Shown here piece after piece: positions 7,280 to 11,024 of a stretch of DNA of 11,024 nucleotides. The position numbers and the translations under genes are program-made. The first letter of the stretch is position 1, and the number at the start of each line of letters is the position of its first letter. The notes beneath the pieces were generated by a model. That model worked only from the letters and a program-made list of their open reading frames with translations. It made no database searches and had not been told where the DNA came from. This stretch comes from Elusimicrobiota bacterium (lineage in GTDB: Bacteria; Elusimicrobiota; Endomicrobiia; CG1-02-37-114; JAHJSO01): contig JBDRQF010000008.1 of NCBI GenBank assembly GCA_043826435.1, positions 1 through 11,024 on the forward strand. Direction: 5' to 3'.

Positions 7280-8564
7280 ATTGTTTTGTTAGATTTAAAA
7301 ATTTTATTTTGTATTTGTAATCAGAACCATTATCAACATCAACAAGTTGATTTTTTATCAAGTGAGCATTTATAAATGTCTTATTTTTTAAGTATAAGTA
7401 ACAAAGCAGATTGTTTTCTTGATCGTATTTCAGTGAATCAAATCTCATAAAAACTCTCTGATTTTTTAATTTTGCTTGTAAAAATTTAATGGCTTCATCA
7501 ATTTTGTCTTTATTAACTTTTACCCCAATCAACTTTACCAACAGATCGTTATTTAGTAACAACTTTTCTGGGCTTACGATTTCTTTGACAGAATATGTAT
7601 TTATCGCCTCGTTTTCTGTTGAATCAATTTTTGATCCAAATTGTAATTTTTTCGGATCAATTTTTCGGTCAAACTTTATTGTATCTTTAAAAATATATGG
7701 TAATTCAGATATATCTTTTGCGTAATTGATACTATGTTGCTTTTGATCAATAAATTCAAATGAGATATTTTTAAACAAATCATCTTTGGTTGCCCCGATT
7801 TTTTCTTTTATCGTAGGTAAATAATTATTATTGATCTCGTATCCAACTGAATTGCGATTTAAATTTTTTGCCACAAGCGTTGTGGTGCCGCTTCCTAAAA
7901 ATGGGTCTAATACATTATCGCCAACAAAGCTAAACATTTTAATAAGCCGTTTAGGTAATTCTTCGGGAAACATTGCCAAATGTTTATCTTGCCTCGCACC
8001 ATTAAAATTCCAATGGCCATTAAAATACTGGTTCCATTCATCTTTTGACATTTTTGACTCTTCTTTTATTTCTTTTGATACAAAAGGAGGAACGCCCAAT
8101 TTCTTAAAAATCAATATAAATTCATAATCTAACTTAATAATTCCATTTCTAGGATAAGGAAAACTCCCCATTATAGTAGCACCGCCGGTAGTATTCATTG
8201 TCGTTGCTTTCTGCCAAATAATAGCCCCCATATAATCAAAACCGATAGTTTCGCAAAACTTAATTATTTCTGTTCTAATCGGAATAATTTTATATCTACC
8301 ATAATAAACCGAGCGAGCAAATTGATCACCTATGTTTATACAGAGACGACAACCGTTATTTAATACTCTAAAACATTCTTTCCAAACTAAATTTAGATTA
8401 TTAATATAATTTTCATAACTATCATTGAAGCCAATCTGATCTGACGAGCCATAATCTTTTAATTGCCAATAGGGCGGTGAGGTAATCACAAGATGAACAG
8501 AATTATTTTTTAATTCTGTCATATTTCTGGAATCGCCTATTACAACCTTGTGATTAGTTTTCAT
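7218..8564 (-). CDS. Beta-class amino-methyltransferase (probably N4-cytosine) with a C-terminal degenerate thermonuclease (SNase)-like domain
   Basis: Motif IV TSPPY near the N-terminus, HLAMFPEELP, then motif I DPFLGSGTT (beta order). The roughly 100-aa extension has SNase-like segments VKLIGV, NLLCYLY and INAHLIK. Confidence 0.9.
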   Translation of the reverse strand: MKTNHKVVIGDSRNMTELKNNSVHLVITSPPYWQLKDYGSSDQIGFNDSYENYINNLNLVWKECFRVLNNGCRLCINIGDQFARSVYYGRYKIIPIRTEIIKFCETIGFDYMGAIIWQKATTMNTTGGATIMGSFPYPRNGIIKLDYEFILIFKKLGVPPFVSKEIKEESKMSKDEWNQYFNGHWNFNGARQDKHLAMFPEELPKRLIKMFSFVGDNVLDPFLGSGTTTLVAKNLNRNSVGYEINNNYLPTIKEKIGATKDDLFKNISFEFIDQKQHSINYAKDISELPYIFKDTIKFDRKIDPKKLQFGSKIDSTENEAINTYSVKEIVSPEKLLLNNDLLVKLIGVKVNKDKIDEAIKFLQAKLKNQRVFMRFDSLKYDQENNLLCYLYLKNKTFINAHLIKNQLVDVDNGSDYKYKIKFLNLTKQYGKRMDIKSSEYAMGTNPKK

Positions 8565-8569
8565 ATTAT

Positions 8570-8776
8570 CTATTTTATTAAATCCTCAATTGAAACGCCA
8601 AATGCCTTGGCTATTTTAGACATAATCATAACGGACGGTTTTTTAATTACATTGCTTTCAATTTTTGTCAGGGTAGTATATTTAACACCGTGTTTTTTGG
8701 CAAAATCCTCTTGCGACAAACCAATTCTTGCCCGTTGTTTTTTTATATTTTCCCCTATATTGATTTCTGTTGCCAT
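8570..8776 (-). CDS. Xre/Cro-family HTH regulator, likely RM controller (C) protein
   Basis: IGENIKKQR...GLSQEDFAK...YTTLTKIES...PS...KIAKAFGVSIEDLI; 5 nt upstream of the methyltransferase. Confidence 0.88.
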   Translation of the reverse strand: MATEINIGENIKKQRARIGLSQEDFAKKHGVKYTTLTKIESNVIKKPSVMIMSKIAKAFGVSIEDLIK

Positions 8777-8778
8777 TT

Positions 8779-8832
8779 TTTCAATTATTTGATAGTACGA
8801 TAATGATGTATTATACTTTCAATATAATGATA
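8779..8832. promoter_or_regulatory. Two candidate controller-protein operators, TTTCA-N6-TGATA
   Basis: TTTCAattattTGATA at 8779-8794 and TTTCAatataaTGATA at 8817-8832; near-palindromic, the second overlapping the predicted -10. Confidence 0.5.
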
Positions 8833-8855
8833 CCAAATTTTATGAAAACAAGCAA
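8827..8855 (-). promoter_or_regulatory. Candidate sigma70 promoter of the C-M-R operon
   Basis: Minus strand TTGCTT (8855-8850), 17-nt spacer, TATCAT (8832-8827), with TG-n directly upstream of the -10 (extended -10). Confidence 0.55.
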
Positions 8856-8906
8856 ACAAATTTCTTGGCGGCGTATTTCGCAAAGCAAAATCCGAATTCT
8901 GAAAAT

Positions 8907-8930
8907 TGGCGGAAGGGGAGGGATTTGAAC
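8907..8930 (-). repeat. Duplicated tRNA-Ser 3' end carrying CCA (att-like direct repeat)
   Basis: CGGAAGGGGAGGGATTTGAAC is identical at 8910-8930 and 8985-9005. On the minus strand this copy reads GTTCAAATCCCTCCCCTTCCG-CCA. Confidence 0.9.
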
Positions 8931-8984
8931 TGTGCGTCCTCACAGGGCCGTCCGCCCGTTCATATAGCCCGAGGGGTATTTCTA

Positions 8985-9071
8985 CGGAAGGGGAGGGATT
9001 TGAACCCCCGGTGCCCGTGAAGGCACACTGGTTTTCAAGACCAGCGCCATCAACCGCTCGGCCACCCTTCC
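8985..9071 (-). tRNA. tRNA-Ser (anticodon UGA), CCA not encoded
   Basis: Acceptor GGAAGGG/CCCTTCC with G discriminator; anticodon arm CTGGT-CTTGAAA-ACCAG; long variable arm GTGCC-TTCACG-GGCAC; T arm GGGGG-TTCAAAT-CCCTC. Confidence 0.96.
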
Positions 9072-9095
9072 GATTCTATTTTTACCGACGATGTC

Positions 9096-9356
9096 TTAGT
9101 TAGTTGTAGGTCTTTTGTAACTGCCTCTTTGTCCTTTGGTGTCCATCTTAGTCCCTAAAATCTCCATTGCTTCTCTTATGTGGGGGCTGCTTAGATGGGC
9201 ATACCTGAGTGTCATTCCCAGGGTTTTTCGCCCCAGTATTTCTTTAACACTTACTAAATCAATCCCAAGCATAACAAGGTAAGAATCTGCTGTGTGACGA
9301 AGGTCATGGAACCTAAAATCACTTAAACTTGCACTTTTTACTGTATTTTGCCACAA
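9096..9356 (-). pseudogene. Tyrosine recombinase/integrase, C-terminal remnant
   Basis: FRFHDLRHT (H-x-x-R) and MTLRYAH (catalytic Tyr) are present, but LGH is changed to LGR and the N-terminal and core-binding parts are missing. Confidence 0.88.
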
Positions 9357-9469
9357 ACTATGAGCAGAATATCGAGTTTTTGTCTTATATCATTTTCAAG
9401 TTCTGGATGTCTTTTCAGGAATTGCTTAATTCTACGGTCAAAAGTTTTAGTGGTATACAGATTATACAT
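9338..9469 (-). pseudogene. Truncated RelE/ParE/YafQ-superfamily toxin (43 aa; not in the ORF track)
   Basis: Translates as MYNLYTTKTFDRRIKQFLKRHPELENDIRQKLDILL-IVCGKIQ*. ATG overlaps the upstream stop (TAATG). It resembles the N-terminal strand and helices of RelE-fold toxins, then runs into integrase DNA. Confidence 0.65.
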
Positions 9470-9648
9470 TAACTTTTAATGTGATTTATAATTTCCTTCC
9501 CTCTTTTGAAAGGTCCTTTTATCTGTCCTTTCTCTATTTCTTTTTCTGCCTGCAATGTTTCATACAGAAACATTTTTTTCCGCAAAGTAGATACTTCCTT
9601 TTCTAGTTTTTGAATTGTTATTTCCTTTTGGTTTAAGGTTTTAGTCAT
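9469..9648 (-). CDS. Small putative type II antitoxin (59 aa)
   Basis: ATG 9648 after AAGGAGAG; C-terminus AEKEIEKGQIKGPFKRGKEIINHI resembles antitoxin tails; coupled to the toxin-like ORF. Confidence 0.6.
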   Translation of the reverse strand: MTKTLNQKEITIQKLEKEVSTLRKKMFLYETLQAEKEIEKGQIKGPFKRGKEIINHIKS

Positions 9649-9664
9649 ATGGATTCTCTCCTTA

Positions 9665-9711
9665 TTTTGGTTTATTGTTTTAATGCTACTAAAAAATAAA
9701 CAAAATGTCAA
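9665..9711 (-). promoter_or_regulatory. sigma70 promoter with flanking inverted repeat (candidate TA operator)
   Basis: Minus strand TTGACA (9711-9706), 17-nt spacer, TAGCAT (9688-9683). Inverted repeat cores GTTTATT 9670-9676 and AATAAAC 9695-9701 flank the -10. Confidence 0.6.
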
Positions 9712-9712
9712 A

Positions 9713-9955
9713 TTATCGAAATAAGTGGTAATGTCTGTTTATATTATGCACTATTTCAATCTTTCCCATAATTTTTCGTTCACTGAACTGCACCCCTGTG
9801 TTTGGACACATTAAGTTGGAATCCAAGCTACAAGTACTGTTTATTTTTTTGTTTTTATACACTTTATTGCTTATTTTGGTTTTCGGAGTAGATTTTATGT
9901 TCAACTTTTTTCTTGCTCTGGCAAGGTTCAAATTAAGAAATTTGGTTTTTGTCAT
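9713..9955 (-). CDS. Hypothetical small basic protein (doubtful)
   Basis: 80-aa Lys-rich ORF starting 17 nt after the HEPN stop on the same strand; no clear RBS or motif. Confidence 0.25.
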   Translation of the reverse strand: MTKTKFLNLNLARARKKLNIKSTPKTKISNKVYKNKKINSTCSLDSNLMCPNTGVQFSERKIMGKIEIVHNINRHYHLFR

Positions 9956-9972
9956 TATTTTGTTTTTGTAAC

Positions 9973-10416
9973 CTATTTTAGAATGGATTTAAACAAACTT
10001 TCCATTGCTGACAAGAAATCATTGGCAGATTTTATAGCGTTTTCCGCCTCCTCTTTTGTAGAAAAGAAACTAATATTATACTGGTCATCGTGCCTGATTT
10101 CCCGACTATGATCCAGCAACTCTACCCATTTCTTGTCTAACTTGCCGGTTTTAACATACTTCTCTTCCAGATATCTTGATATGCAAGCATGGCTCTTTTC
10201 ACGGAAGCCATCAAGAAACAGGATAGCCCTTGCTGAGTGAAACATCACCATACAAGAAGCAAGAATTGACGAGCTAAACGCATCCACTTTTAAGGAATTC
10301 TGCGATTCCTTTAGCCACTCCCGCGCTTTCTTTAATGATTGCGTCGCTTTATCTTTTGAATGCGGGATTTTCCTGAGTAATCCTTTCCTTATACAATCGT
10401 TATAATTGAAGGGCAT
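9973..10416 (-). CDS. HEPN domain protein (COG1895/PF05168-like)
   Basis: MFHSARAILFLDGFREKSH, RHDDQY, EEAENAIKSANDFL helical pattern. Start at ATG 10416 after GGAG, overlapping the MNT 3' end by 17 nt. Confidence 0.88.
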   Translation of the reverse strand: MPFNYNDCIRKGLLRKIPHSKDKATQSLKKAREWLKESQNSLKVDAFSSSILASCMVMFHSARAILFLDGFREKSHACISRYLEEKYVKTGKLDKKWVELLDHSREIRHDDQYNISFFSTKEEAENAIKSANDFLSAMESLFKSILK

Positions 10417-10939
10417 CTTTTTCTCCGTAAAGAACAATTGAACCAAAGGTAAGTGAATGATAGAAAAGTTTATCGTCCTTTTTCATTTTTTCAATTTTAT
10501 TAGTAGTTAAAAATAGCAGTTTAGCATTTCTTATCTTCTTATTTATTACGGCTGTCAAAGAGGCAACTTTCTCATCGGTTACATCTTTGATTTTTATCCA
10601 GATGTCCACATCGGAATCAGCGGTGTTTTCGCCCTTGGCGCAACTTCCATAAAGACCTGCTGACCCCACAAAGTCAAACCTCTTAAAAATTCCCGTATCT
10701 ATGCCTGTTATATTCAATAAAATCCTGATGCCTTTTGTAATGGAAGAATCAACTATAAGGTATTTGCCCTTTGACTTTTTAGTAATGCCTTCTTTCAACA
10801 AAACATCAAGATACTTGGAGACCAGCCCCTTGCTAATCTTAATCATAGCAGCAATAGAATTGACTCTAATGGGCTGAGTGTTGAAGATAACCGCTTTTAA
10901 GATTTTTATTCGTTCTTTTGTAGTAAAAATGTTTTTCAC
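10400..10939 (-). CDS. Minimal nucleotidyltransferase (MNT) with N-terminal winged-HTH
   Basis: GS-x10-DxD motif (YGSCAKGENTADSDVDI); N-terminal HTH (VNSIAAMIKISKGLVSKYLDVL); GTG start after AGGAGG. Confidence 0.9.
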   Translation of the reverse strand: MKNIFTTKERIKILKAVIFNTQPIRVNSIAAMIKISKGLVSKYLDVLLKEGITKKSKGKYLIVDSSITKGIRILLNITGIDTGIFKRFDFVGSAGLYGSCAKGENTADSDVDIWIKIKDVTDEKVASLTAVINKKIRNAKLLFLTTNKIEKMKKDDKLFYHSLTFGSIVLYGEKDALQL

Positions 10940-10959
10940 TCTTGGACCTCCTGACAGGT

Positions 10960-11016
10960 GTTCACAATTCGTGAACGATTAGTTCATATTTTATGAACTT
11001 TTAAGCGATTTGTCAA
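10960..11016 (-). promoter_or_regulatory. sigma70 promoter with tandem palindromic operators GTTCAY-N5-RTGAAC
   Basis: Minus strand TTGACA (11016-11011), 17-nt spacer, TAAAAT (10993-10988). Palindromes GTTCAC-aattc-GTGAAC 10960-10976 and GTTCAT-atttt-ATGAAC 10982-10998. Confidence 0.75.
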
Positions 11017-11024
11017 GTAAAACT

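Larger units (their letters stand above)
6642..11024 (-). mobile_element. tRNA-Ser-anchored AT-rich accessory/defence region, probably at least two separate acquisitions; right end lies beyond the window
   Basis: Abrupt composition change after argB, tRNA 3' duplication, integrase remnant, and RM and TA gene content. Confidence 0.7.

Noticed and set aside
8872..8894. Imperfect palindrome CGTATTTCGC-AAA-GCAAAATCCG as a tRNA terminator
   Set aside because: Two mismatches in the stem and no adjacent U-tract on the minus strand; too weak to call.
8907..8984. Second tRNA gene or CRISPR-like repeat-spacer unit
   Set aside because: No 5' acceptor strand, D arm or T-stem pairing (CACAG does not pair with CCCTC); only two repeats, both tRNA-derived, and no cas genes.
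8906..9103. 65-aa + strand ORF with repeated EGEGFE
   Set aside because: Antisense shadow of tRNA-Ser and its duplicated 3' end.
9649..9711. N-terminal 21 aa of the 80-aa ORF 9469..9711
   Set aside because: The TTG start is the -35 box TTGACA; ATG 9648 has a strong RBS.

Overview
The window has two parts. 1-6624 is GC-richer core chromosome: the 3' end of a PorV/PorQ-like outer-membrane beta-barrel gene, then pfkA-glmU-prs-rplY(ctc)-pth on +, short palindromic REP-like repeats, and a convergent argB on -. 6653-11024 is visibly AT-rich accessory DNA, all on -, lying on both sides of a tRNA-Ser(UGA) gene (8985-9071). On the tRNA 3' side are a 21-bp duplicate of the tRNA 3' end enclosing only 54 bp of structured DNA, then a restriction-modification cassette: Xre controller, beta-class (probably m4C) methyltransferase fused to a degenerate thermonuclease-like domain, and MjaI-family endonuclease. 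On the 5' side are a wHTH-nucleotidyltransferase/HEPN pair, a small antitoxin, a truncated RelE/ParE-like toxin missing from the ORF track, and a tyrosine-integrase C-terminal remnant. Three housekeeping enzymes (GlmU, Pth, ArgB) carry repeat-like in-frame insertions. All family calls come from motif recognition by eye; no searches were run.
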